A stretch of DNA of 64,000 bases from assembly GCF_040938485.1 (NCBI RefSeq), contig NW_027271421.1:502567-566566 (forward strand). Direction: 5' to 3'. The notes under the pieces are model-generated. The model saw nothing but the letters and a program-made list of their open reading frames with translations. It was not told the DNA's origin and searched no databases. Within the stretch, counting starts at the first letter, position 1, and every line of letters begins with the position of its first letter. Source of the stretch: Diadema antillarum (taxonomy: Eukaryota). Shown here one piece after another: positions 13,355-24,413 of this stretch. A program made the position numbers and the translations under genes.

Positions 13355-13400
13355 GACCAATCAATGAGCCAATTCCGAAATGACGTCAGTAAGTTTTAGC
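13355..13400 (-). promoter_or_regulatory. Putative core promoter of carboxylesterase copy B (CCAAT x2 plus TGACGTCA)
   Basis: The sequence ccaatcaatgagccaattccgaaatgacgtca matches the same motif order and spacing as upstream of copy A. Confidence 0.45.
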
Positions 13401-14394
13401 AGAGATATGAAGACATGGAAATGTAGTCCAACGTTATGATTATCTGAAGCAACTTAAAGCCACAAATGTCTTTAAACAGTTCGGAGTAAATTTGCAGCTT
13501 ATCAATTCCAAAAAGATACTGTAGTCGAATGAATAAGATTGTTCAAATAATTATGTCGAGTTTTTTTTTTTCAGTTCTGTATTACTGGACTTATTTCAGT
13601 CTGACCACAATTATGGTCAATTTAAGCAATGACCTTCTGCTTAACAAAGATTGTTTGAACAAAAAAAAAGAAAAAAAGAGGAATCACAAGAGTATGGAAA
13701 CAGTCGTGAGAATAGATATGTTTTGACAAAGGTCGAAGTCCGAAGATTGTTTATATACTGACAAAGCACAAAGCTATAGAGGAACTGAATAGGGTCCATT
13801 TATTATTGTCATCTTCTTTGATCACGCCACAGTTGTGAAAAATTTTGCAGGCTGTGTCCTTCTCTGCCTCAAAAGGCAAGCAGGAACATTACATGACTTT
13901 AATCATATGGGGACTCTTCATGTAACTGACATTACGAAACTAGCATTCATAGTTTTACTGACAACTCTCAAATGCGTCCCAAATGATGAAATCATTTATG
14001 ATGACTCATAATATGCCCTACCACGTGGAACCAGTGTATGTATTTTAATATATTCATTCAGGTCTTATATGCGTTGATTCTTGTAACTTTGATGAAGAGA
14101 TATTCCAACGGCAGGCATACAGCATAGGTGCTCATCGTAATGGTATCACAGTTTTATAAGGCTTTTACGATCTTGGCAAAGTAAAGTTCTGCGTATTTCC
14201 ACTTGTTTACATGGCTGTACTCCATAATGTGCTATGATGTACTTCACCATTTTGTTGTTCCATTATATAAATATTACCTTGATATTCAAAAGACAAAAAC
14301 CGTATTTATGTAAAATTATGAAAAGAAAATGTGATATCTGAAGTGGGAAAGACGTACTAAAAGGCTAATAAGCGTACATAGAATGGGTGTACGT

Positions 14395-14695
14395 CATGAG
14401 ACCGACGCCCAAGAGGTAGACAGCCCATGAGTTCAACTCTAAGCAAAAAGTGCCCACGAGACCGACACTTTAAGCCCCGTGTTGTAATGTCGAACTCGTT
14501 GGCTGTTTTTACCTAGTGCCGAATTCATTGGCCTTATTTGCGTAGCGTCAAACTCATGGGCTGTATGGTTCGTGGGCTGAATGACTCATGGACCTTATTT
14601 CAATGTCGAACTCGTGGGCTGTATGACTCATGGATGTCGGTCTCGAGGGATGACCCTCATTATAGAGTGAGTCCCTCAGTATAGAGAGAATGGAG
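14395..14695. mobile_element. Foldback/MITE-like insertion with internal degenerate ~40 bp tandem repeats (...tgtcgaactcgtgggctgtatg...). Present upstream of carboxylesterase copy B only.
   Basis: The ends are inverted (catgagaccgacgcc ... ggcgtcggtctcgag-like gtcggtctcgaggg). The homologous position upstream of copy A (about 3.5-3.7 kb) lacks it and carries a (TA)n tract instead. Confidence 0.6.
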
Positions 14696-16053
14696 GAAAG
14701 ACAGAGAGAAACAAAGCGAAAAGTAAAACACAACATATAAATTCACGTACTTTGGTATACATGCAAGAACACATATAGTACACACACCCATAGACAGTAC
14801 AGTACACATCATAGTAGTATTCAACTAAACTAGGCAAAGAGACTCAAAACATTAACAGCATCATACATAAACCCATATTCCATAATGTCTCCATTTGCCC
14901 GCATATACCCACACTCATTTCCTGTCTTATCTAAAGATGCACAGTATAATACTCATTTTTTTAATGAGAGTCCTTGCTTTGTGGGACTCAGACTGGCAAA
15001 GAAAAGAATCCCTGGCTATTGACCAACATGAAAAGACAGCAGCTATCATGCATAGTTGTGAAACAGTTGGTCGTAGAGATGTCTGGCGATACCCACAGCT
15101 GCTTGGAACTCTTCATCATCATCATCATCTTCTTAATCTTCTTCTTTTTTCTTGACGACGTTGTTGCTAATTGTTTGTTTTAAGGTGGTTTCAGCAATAT
15201 CTCTATAGTCCACAACAGTGTACAGTATATCACTTCATGGTAAAGTTTGAGAATTTTCGCGTGTGGTAGTGCAACAATGATATTTGTGGTAGTGTGATAT
15301 AATTTTAATGATAAAATGGGCCCCTTGTTTTCTAGGGCCCCATTTTTTCCCTCTCTCTTCTTTCTTTCAAACACATCTCCTGGTAGGTCGTGTATAACGT
15401 TTGTTGCCTTCTCGCAGAAAGCAGGAAAGAGCAGTACGGATTAAGCAACCCGTAGCTGTGTTGACATACACGGTTTTTAAGGAATTGACATCAGAACTGT
15501 GGGTGGGTTCATGCAAATAATGTAGAATTGAACTCGAATTGAAGTTGGCGTCCCTCATGCTCTGTCTGGCATCAGTACGAGCACCCTCTAGCGTTCAGTA
15601 AAAGCACAGTTTTCATTTCATTGTATCTGATTCTAGCGGCACAGACTATCCCACACGTACCATATCTCTACGGGATAGCGATCCCACAAGTCTTGTGTAT
15701 ACACGCTTATTTTTTTTTTATTACACTCTGTATCCTCTTTATACAGTCAAATAATGCAGCTCGAATTCTATACAGATCTGCACAATTCTACTTTCTTTAT
15801 TCGTACTAATGATACGTGTTGTTTTGTTAATTGAGTTCATTTGTGATTTTCAATAAAAATGAAATAAATGAATCGAATACGAAATTAGAAAAATATATTG
15901 TCAAATCAGCTCTGAAATACATAGACCTCCTGATCCAACAATAAGCCCCAATCTCAATGTTAGAGTTAAAAGGTTAAAGAAACATGAAATAAACGCAAAT
16001 TGATTGATATACGTACATCTCTAATTTCAGTATATGTGAAACCATCCAGGTAA

Positions 16054-16056
<3 letters not shown>

Positions 16057-16112
<56 letters not shown>
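16057..16112. repeat. (CA)n microsatellite, about 27 units
   Basis: Direct read. Confidence 0.95.
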
Positions 16113-16116
<4 letters not shown>

Positions 16117-16766
16117 TCTTCTTTTCATGTGCACGCACATGATACGAGTGATCATTATGAACAAACAAATGGTTGGGATTATACATTTCACAGATCTGAC
16201 CCATCCCTTTAAGAGAGAGCGAAGCGTTAAACAATGTCGATCAGCCCTTGACATTTTGTCAATGACGTTGATTTTAATTGATTGACTGGCCAGATTCATT
16301 GTTGCTGGTATCTCCATCGAATAGGATCGACTATACACCAGGACTTTCGGTCAACGAGTTCCTGATGACTGATTACAGCGCTGTGTGCAGTTGGTAGATG
16401 TTGCAATCTCGGTTTACCATGACTGCAGGATGAGTTATGCCGTCAAAGAACCAATCATGGATCATTTCAAAGTCAATGCCACGGCCTCGAGGCTTCTGAG
16501 CAAATCATCTCAAGTTTAGTGTGTCTGCATGGCGGCGGTTATAACTCCTGTAGGTAATTAAACGCTTCCTGCCTCAACACACCGGCGTTTTGGGAAGTTT
16601 ATCAAGTCCATACTTGTTCGCAGAAAGTTATTGATACTGAGTTGTGCAACACCACAAGCTGCTCTACTTTCACTTTTCTATATCACTGTTAACGCAGTGT
16701 CATAATCGGGCTTTTAATGCAACGAATTCCATCGAAGTGGAGAGAGCTTAGAAGTTTTCAATCCCT

Positions 16767-16820
16767 ATGGACATTCTATTTCTGAGGATCGCAGTCTGGT
16801 CAGTTGGAATTATAGGACAG
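16767..16820 (+). CDS. Candidate first coding exon of the PARP4 ortholog (MDILFLRIAVWSVGIIGQ, then GTGAGT). Speculative.
   Basis: ATG followed by a strong GTGAGT donor, lying downstream of a relatively CpG-enriched, CCAAT-containing stretch at 16.3-16.6 kb. Resemblance to the human PARP4 N-terminus (MVMGIFANCIFCL) is weak. Confidence 0.2.
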
Positions 16821-17490
16821 GTGAGTTTGAAGTTCATGCCTATACTTTACTGTTGTCATTTCTTTCTCCCCCTCTTTTTTTTTCTCGTTTTTAAGCCCTA
16901 TCTCAAACCTATTGTTCTGAAACAAAAGAGAAAAATGTCAATCGTCTTTTATTAGTATTTGCCATCTTTCAGAGATTATAGCTGTGGTCTTGCCGAACTG
17001 GAACTAAATTTTGTAAATGCTATGCTCTATACTTTTATCTTTCGCATTATAGAAGGAAAAAAAACCACTGGCGACTGCTCAATCACCTTTGTTTCATCAG
17101 CGTTTAGAATATTGACACTGTTAGAGTGAACGCGTACCTGCATGGGTGTTACTGAGTCATTAGATGTTTTGTTCCATGAAAACTTGCAAACATCTTTGAT
17201 ATTCAAATAAAATGTGATTAGAGATTAGAAGGTTTATGTTTTATTACCATGAAACGTGATGAAGAACTAAGATTGAATTAATTGTTTATGATACTCTTAA
17301 AGATTGTCATCATTTTTTGTGGAAATCAGAAGTGTAGCTTTAAAATGACGTAAGTCCTAATTTTGTTTTGTGCGTAAAATATGCATCCTATTGAGAATAC
17401 ACCTTGAATCATGTTAACGCAATTAGGTTCGGCTTGAAATAAGAAAAGCGACGCTCTGCCCTCATGTCCCTAAAGAGTAGGTCGACCTGT

Positions 17491-17676
17491 CAAACCTGTC
17501 TATAGCGGCCACCCAAGGGAAACGAAAAAAGTGGCCGTGATAGACAGATGGCCGCTATAGACATGTGGCCGCTACACACAGGGTCTACAATATGGCTTTC
17601 CTCATGGGGGGGATTTTTCAATGGCCGCTATAGAAAGGTGGTCGCTATAGACAGGTGGCCGTTAAGGCAGGTTTGA
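17491..17676. mobile_element. MITE with ~21 bp TIRs (caaacctgtctatagcggccac ... gtggccgttaaggcaggtttg) and internal repeats of (a/g)tggccgctatagaca
   Basis: The inverted termini are read directly. The internal 15-mer is repeated at least 5 times in both orientations. Confidence 0.7.
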
Positions 17677-19431
17677 CTGCATAGAGTCAATGTGAGTTAC
17701 ATTAGAGCGCTTAACTGCTTATCCGTCTATTTCAAATATATGAGTTATGTCTTCGTAAGAGACACAAAGTATGTGCATGATGACATACTGGTTGTAATCA
17801 TTAATATTTCACGATCAGTGTAGAGATTGTTTTCATTCAACTTTCAACTTTAGATTTTATTTTTCATTTCCATGAAATAAACAGGAGAAATTATATAGAA
17901 TGCATAGACAAAGCAAATTTGTAGTAATTTCAAAAAACGTACATTAACAAAATACATGTGATGATGAGTAACACCATAATTGCATTTATAAGGTACTATA
18001 CACATGCATATTACACGGATGGGAATGGAAATGGAGGGTCCCACTAAAAAGCCAAGCTTGTACGATATGAGACCCTCAGAAATACATAAAAAACGAATAA
18101 TGACTTCATGAAACTACAAACAAATATATGAAACATTATTACATCATTAACCTCAGTTCAGTATGAATACTTGGAAATTTACTACATAATTGCTGGTACC
18201 ACATACAAACCATTTCTCCTATTCTTCTTTTTTTTTCTCACAGTCTTATTGGGCACAGCAAGCTCAATGTATGACTTTTGTTTGAAAAAGTATCATCCCC
18301 AAAAAAATCCTGAACAACATGAAAGTTCAACGTTTTCTTGCACATTATACTTACTTCTGTTCCTTGCAAAGCTTTATGTGATAATCCGCCACATGACAAA
18401 CAAAACCTCTGGTAGACAGATAAGAGTGCATGCTGAATATTTTTTCCTTTTTTTCCATACCATCATCACAATATTTTCAGTGGTATTTTTTATTCTATTT
18501 ATTATTTTTTTAGCGTCTTCCGTGAGTAGAAATAATGATTCATGGAACAGCAGGATAGGTAGTTATGGACATCAATAATTTCGGCAAATGGTAAATGAGT
18601 GTGACGAGAATACCCTCGGTATTCTTGCTTGAGAGAGAATTGTGCTATTGTTGAGTGATATCAAAGTCACCAATTACTGGGACCTGCTTATCATATGTGC
18701 TTACTTTACCAATCTTGAACAGCACGTCGTTAATCGTTGTGTAATTGATTGTGCTCTAGTTGTAGTTTGTGGACCAGGAAACAAAAATGTCATACTAGAC
18801 TCATAGTTTACTATAATAGTGTTACAAGAGAGGTCGTGCGGTGTATGTGACCTGCCTTGATTATAAAGGAAGCAGGTGTTTATCTGAAAAAGGAAGCACA
18901 ATGTGATAAGGTATCGTCTAACATCAAAGTTAAATGTACGTATATGGTGGCATTCTCTTCTTCAGTTTTCTCTTGTCTTCTCTAGTACTCAGTTCGTAAG
19001 ATGTGATATCTTCTGTATACACTACAGAACAATTGCTTCAATCACTATCCATTGTACCATCATGTAAGATGCCCAATGACCTCCATTGACCTGATGTTGC
19101 GTCTCTATTTTTCCAACTCCTCTAGATCCGACAGGAAACAATCTCTTTGACTACTAAAAATTAGCTCCTGTGGCAAAGTCCTGACACACCTGCATGAGGG
19201 AAAGACCAAAAGATTATAGATCGGCAGCACATTATCCCCACTATTAGGATGTCCCTCCAGGAACCTCGCTCCGAGCTGGAAGCCGACAGCTCCGATGGAA
19301 AGAATGAACAGGATGGCTTTGAAGAGGACAAGTGTGAACTCGTCAAATACGTCATACTCCAGGTAGAACAATTACAATCCATGTTTTCTAGCTTTATGGA
19401 ACTAAATACGATATAAGTAGACACACAGACC

Positions 19432-19680
19432 ATGGCACTATGCTACTTACATTTGATCTCGCTTTGGAGTGATAGGCAATGGTACTATATGCTACTAACA
19501 TTCGATCTCGCTTTGGAGTGATAGGCAATGGCACTAAATGCTACTAACATTCGATCTCGCTTTGGAGTGATAGGCAATGGCACTAAATGCTACTAACATT
19601 CGATCTCGCTTTGGAGTGATAGGCAATGGCACTATATGCTACTAACATTCGATCTCGCTTTGGAGTGATAGGCAATGGCA
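19432..19680. repeat. Minisatellite: unit of about 59-60 bp (gcactatatgctactaacattcgatctcgctttggagtgataggcaatg), about 4.3 copies
   Basis: Head-to-tail near-identical copies differ only at 1-3 positions (gcactaAatgc vs gcactaTatgc). Confidence 0.95.
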
Positions 19681-19780
19681 TTTCTTCCCAAAGCTCCTTT
19701 TTAACGTGCTCGCAGATGTCAAAGTTTGAAGACGAATTACCCTGTTTTGAATTCGCATCGTTAAAGATTATCTTGGCAAA

Positions 19781-19815
19781 GCCCCCCCCCCCCCCAAAAA
19801 AAAAGGGGGGGGGAA
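19781..19815. repeat. Composite homopolymer block C(13)A(9)G(9)
   Basis: gccccccccccccccaaaaaaaaaggggggggg. Similar C/A or T/G homopolymer composites occur at 26998-27030, 27157-27180, 46940-46975, 47060-47085, 47524-47548, 48318-48340, 50916-50930, 57534-57570, 58023-58048 and 61544-61566. Confidence 0.9.
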
Positions 19816-20839
19816 TGTATTAACATTTGCGTGGTTTTATTAAAAAGACGATATTCGCGTATATTTGTGTTGTAACCATGCTTCCGGTAAAGTACTTTGT
19901 ATGTTATGAAGGGAAAGTTCGCTCAAGTACGCTTGTCGTGGGAACAAAATCTTACACGTTACTGGCTTTGCTCATTACAATGTGTAATTATGGTGTATAA
20001 GCCCAAGGTTGGAAGGAAACTGGTCAGGATTGTTGTTAGTAAACGAGATCACTTCCTACTTCCTTACCTTGACACAATTCGTCCCTTCTGACAAACTATT
20101 ATTAGTATCTAAGTTTTTATGTTCAATCATTCCTCGGTAATTCATTATGCAACATAGATTAATACCAAATCACGAACCACAGTCTTGAATATAGAATGTT
20201 AACCAACTTCCTGTAATAATTCATTATGATAATAGATCGGTCTCGTAACTTGAACAAGCCAGATTGCAATACAGCTATAAGAAAATGAGGAATTCAAAAA
20301 ATTCTCGAAGTGTCTCGTTACTTTGTTTTTTTGTTTCATTTTAAAGTGTGGCTGAATGCGACTTAAATATGTCCCTGTGCTGAGATGAGATATAGACCGT
20401 ACCAGGGTCCTGGTATCAGATAGCTAATTTGCTATAAAAAGTGTAATAATTGTTATCTGATCATTCAATCAAAGATTTATTATCCATAAACATCCACCTC
20501 CGGTTTGTTATACAACTTTTTTATGTGTTCAAGTATTTTGCACATTTAATATTAGCGTGTTGTAATGTGTAATCACATGGTAATAAAAAAAGATAATCCT
20601 TAGGCCACATTTGATCATGTGGTATCTCAACCAGGTTCAAGTTCAAGTTCAAGTTCAAGTTTATTTAACCAATTCATTAAACATTTGACATTTTACAAAA
20701 GGATACAGCATTAAGAATAATGAATGGTTTGGGACCCCAAAAGAAGCAGAGCTTGTAAAAAAGGGGTCCCGGATAAACATATATATAGGTGATATAGTAG
20801 TTAGCATTTGTCAAATGAACTTTTTGGTTTGGTCGACAG

Positions 20840-20998
20840 AAAGAGCTAGAAGATGGGGATGTCGAGTTCACATCTATCGAGCTGCACACCAGTGTTGGAG
20901 TACCATCGGCCGTTCTGAGCCAAGGGCCCCGGAAGTCTCCGACCACGAGACCCAAGTTTAGGGTCTATACTCACCATGGCACGGTGTCTGGAACAAAG
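20840..20998 (+). CDS. PARP4: PARP4 ortholog, WGR-like region part 1 (KELEDGDVEFTSIELHTSVGVPSAVLSQGPRKSPTTRPKFRVYTHHGTVSGTK)
   Basis: CGACAG acceptor and AAAG|GTAGTA donor. Aligns to the human PARP4 segment DFEVAKYNTLEKVG...FLISSHFLLDDG. In phase with the next exon. Confidence 0.65.
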
Positions 20999-21318
20999 GT
21001 AGTACTTACAGTTTGGCATGCATACTGTATGCACACTATGGGACTTTAGTGACGATTACTTGATGAACTGCTATTATTTCACTATCTTTTAGAGATGACA
21101 CTCGCTCCGACTGAACGAACATTGACATCGAAATATGAAACCATTTCTGAGATAGAAATATCAGTAGAGTAACATTTCTAAAAACAAAAACAAAGAAAAC
21201 AGGAAATGCGTATTCATGAAATACTTTTTAGTACATAAATTGTTGCTCTTTTTGGGGTGGCATTTTAAGACATTAGAATAGTATAATCCTAAAGTCAGGA
21301 ATTTGGCACTTTTCGCAG

Positions 21319-21474
21319 GATGAAAATTCTGGGACGAAATCGAGTCGCTTTGCTCAGGCTGCCCCAGCCGCCCTGAAGATGTACAATGAGGAGTACAAAG
21401 CGTGGACGTCTAAAGGGATGACAAGAACGAAGAAAATGCTGTCACGTTGGCTTGGATCCAACATTCTGACCAAG
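21319..21474 (+). CDS. PARP4: PARP4 ortholog, WGR-like region part 2 (DENSGTKSSRFAQAAPAALKMYNEEYKAWTSKGM...NILTK)
   Basis: TTTCGCAG acceptor and AAG|GTAAGA donor. Aligns to human SEDASEYFENYIEELKKQGF. Confidence 0.75.
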
Positions 21475-21667
21475 GTAAGACAGAGGACGAATACTTTCAA
21501 ATTCGCATTCCCGATCTCATTTCCCTTCTCCTTCATTAGTTGGCTTTAAATTGGTTAATTACCTCTTATTTCTATCGTATAATCAACTACTATGTACTCA
21601 AGATCATTTATGATTTTATTACATTATGTTACGGTCTGTGATAGAAAAAAAGAATCACTTTGAGATC

Positions 21668-21968
21668 AATTGAATTGAATTGAATTGAATTGAATTGGAT
21701 TGAACTGAATTGAGGGGCCCACATTCTACAAGCATTGTCTTTTTAGTGGGTCCCTCCATTTTTCGATGTCTTACGTATTGTATCGTCTTTATCACTTCAG
21801 TCAATTTTCATTACAACGTATTTCTTATTCCAAGGTTCCTCGATTATATTTTTCTCAATTTACTTTGTTTTGACTATGCAATCTTATTCTCTGTTACCAA
21901 AGAAAGTGAAATGTTTATGTTCTTTTCGAAAAATGAAATAAAGCATGAATTGAATTGAATTGAATAAT
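21668..21968. repeat. SINE-like element bounded by (GAATTG)n arrays. The same family tail recurs at 34778-34812.
   Basis: (gaattg)n lies at 21670-21716 and 21946-21966. The 3' body ttttcgaaaaatgaaataaagcatgaattgaattg matches 34745-34790 ttttcgatgattggaaataaactatgattgaattgaattg. A gggcccca motif is shared with 11855 and 15300. Confidence 0.5.
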
Positions 21969-22455
21969 TCTCCGCATATCTGCTACTTTTCTCTTTCTAA
22001 AATTGCCGGTCTCGTTTCTAATCCTGGGCAGTGACCGAACTACTCCTAGGGTTGGTAGAGATGAATTGATATGTATTTAACGTTTTGATTGTAAAATGAA
22101 ACATTGATAATCATGATGCTGATGAAAAATGTTATCAGATAGTGGAAATATGATAATGTGAGAACAGCTAGAGTCTGTATCCTTCCCCTTTCCCGATTTT
22201 ATGTACATTGAAGTACAACTGCTGGGGCAGAAAACTGTAGCGATAAATTTTGATCAGGAGCTATGAATCGTATGACAAACCAAATGCAGTGACCTAGTCG
22301 ACATAGGCGATGAAAAACGTACATAATGAAGGTTATATGACCAAGTCGTGTTTATTCAGTGACTTTCCACTGCAGCTACAGGTAGGTATCTTGTCAAATG
22401 CTGAACACATTGTCTGATCGTGTCGCAACAAGAACGTTACTTTTTAACTCGACAG

Positions 22456-22593
22456 CGCCTCCTCGAGTCGCAGACAGCGAGTGGGGAAGTGTCCGAAGCA
22501 GTTGCCATGCTAGCAGACAACTTGTGGAAGGAAGCGATGGGCGAACTTTCCAGGATACTCACTGTACCCGTCAAGAACATCCCACCGGGAAAG
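22456..22593 (+). CDS. PARP4: PARP4 ortholog, helical (PARP regulatory) domain exon
   Basis: Reads RLLESQTASGEVSEAVAMLADNLWKEAMGELSRILTVPVKNIPPGK, matching human VSDLVEMIWAEALGHLEHMLLKPV. GACAG acceptor and GTAAAG donor. Confidence 0.85.
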
Positions 22594-23059
22594 GTAAAGC
22601 CATTGAACTACAATCCCCTTAAAAGGCTCTGCTATATTATTCAAGTCCATCACCATGATGGACTTACCTTCCCCACCCATCTCCAACCACTTTATTTCCC
22701 AGCTTGTTTGATTCTATTTCAGCTCTTGGTTTATTTTCGATGTTTTAAAAGATCGTTATAACTTCCCTGGCTATACGTTATCACTTATACCTCCGTGGGA
22801 ACTTCACACAACAATTTGTTGCATGATATTATATATTTTTGATGAAAAGCGTCTAGTTAGATTTTATGTGTAACATTATGATCAAGATTATTCACAAGGA
22901 AATGGGAAATTACAACGACACTGCTAAAACATTAAGTAAACATTTATTTTTTTTCACGTAAAAATTAGATACGAATTCAACATTCATGTCTTTACGATGC
23001 CCGTCATTAGTGATTAAGCAGTATTACAGTTTTGCCTGGTTTTCGTGACATGTCTACAG

Positions 23060-23242
23060 GTTGAGAAAGCGGAGGCAGTCCTGCTTCAAATCAAGCGAGC
23101 CTTGCTGAGCCCCGACCCAGAGGACGCAGCGTCGATCGAAGCTCTGAGCAAGCAGTTTCACGAGTTAATTCCACACAGGAACGACGACACACATCAGCTT
23201 GACAGTATGAGAAAGGTTGCCGTCAAGCAAGACCTTTGTCAG
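23060..23242 (+). CDS. PARP4: PARP4 ortholog, helical domain exon
   Basis: Reads VEKAEAVLLQIKRALLSPDPEDAASIEALSKQFHELIPHRNDDTHQLDSMRKVAVKQDLCQ, matching human SKAEGILLLVKAALKNGETAEQL...FYRLIPHKG...KADLCQ. Confidence 0.9.
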
Positions 23243-23730
23243 GTATTATGCGATGTGTTTACAAAGAACAGTTTAAACAACTCCTAAACGCATCTACTTT
23301 ATCTCGAGATAGGCTCTTTGATTAAACCCTTATGTATCTCATGTATATGAGTTCTATCAAACAATGATATATTTTGTTTACAATGAATGTCTGAGATGAT
23401 TGTTAGCTGCTAACTCATAAGGCACAAAGCATAACAAATAACGGATTGCGTTTGAGCTTATTTCAGTTTACTTTTTTAACGTCGATAGTATGAATGTGCT
23501 TTAACGAATGAATGTCACTCATCACATGTGAGCGATTATTGTTATGAAAACATCAGGATATGATATTCACGAATCTGAGCTCTTCAGCAATAAAGTCTAT
23601 CCACTGCTTGCAGACAGTTTAGTCAATGTCTGTCACAAAACCACGAACGACTTGTGTTCCATATCTAAGAAATAGCCTAAATTGTCAGTGATACAAACTC
23701 TCTCATATCGCAACCTATCTTGGCTTTAGC

Positions 23731-23891
23731 TAATCCTCGATGTGATCAATGTGAATGAGGCCCTAGGATGGAAGAAACGGCCGACTGCTGAGTCCAAATA
23801 CCGCGCCATGCGCTGCTTCATTGAGCACCTAGACCAGGACCATCCCGAGTACCGCCAAGTAGAGGAACTGGTCCTCTCCACTGCACCCAGG
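23731..23891 (+). CDS. PARP4: PARP4 ortholog, helical domain exon
   Basis: Reads LILDVINVNEALGWKKRPTAESKYRAMRCFIEHLDQDHPEYRQVEELVLSTAP, matching human LIRDMVNVCE...AKYRALRCKIEHVEQNTEEF. Confidence 0.9.
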
Positions 23892-24275
23892 TAAAACAAG
23901 GGCTCGATAATCGGTGTCTACTCGTCTGTTCATTGGTCTTTCTCATCTCATCTCTGCGACACGAATAATAAGTTTAATGGATGTATATGAAATATCAAGA
24001 TGGTTATAGGTATAGACTATTGTAGTGAATATTCCACTGAAACTTTAATTTCCTATTCTGTTTATTTCATTTTGCGTTATTAATGATAGCATACCCGAAG
24101 GTAAGATTCTATCTGCAAGATTGCCCTGAACGACCATAATACATTATTTTTATATCAGAAACTATGTTGAAGATGAAACAAATGATTTCCCATTTTGTAA
24201 AGAATCATATACGTCTTAAATCATTAATATTATCGTTGCGATAATACAATATTTTCATTGTTTATATCACTGCAG

Positions 24276-24413
24276 ACACCAGGATTTGACGATTTTGAAT
24301 ATCTTTGCTGTGAGTCGGGCGCTGGATGAGTTCAAGTTTGATCGTTCTATCGGCAACGAACAGCTTCTTTTCCATTCGTCCAAGGCTCGCAACTTTCTTG
24401 GCATCCTATCACG
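24276..24413 (+). CDS. PARP4: PARP4 ortholog, catalytic domain exon with the NAD-binding His (LLFHSSKARNFLGILSR)
   Basis: Reads HQDLTILNIFAVSRALDEFKFDRSIGNEQLLFHSSKARNFLGILSR, matching PARP LLxHGSxxxNxxGIL. Confidence 0.9.

Noticed and set aside
19105-19433. ORF-track M starts treated as true ATG initiation
   Set aside because: Several listed ORFs begin on TTG or other alternative codons (verified at 19371: the codon is TTG). The track uses bacterial start rules that are inappropriate for this eukaryotic sequence.
19897-20091. Plus-strand ORF containing GKFAQVRLSWEQNLT as a possible PARP4 BRCT exon
   Set aside because: Only a GKF tripeptide matches the BRCT region of PARP4. The donor and acceptor are weak. 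It is not supportable.
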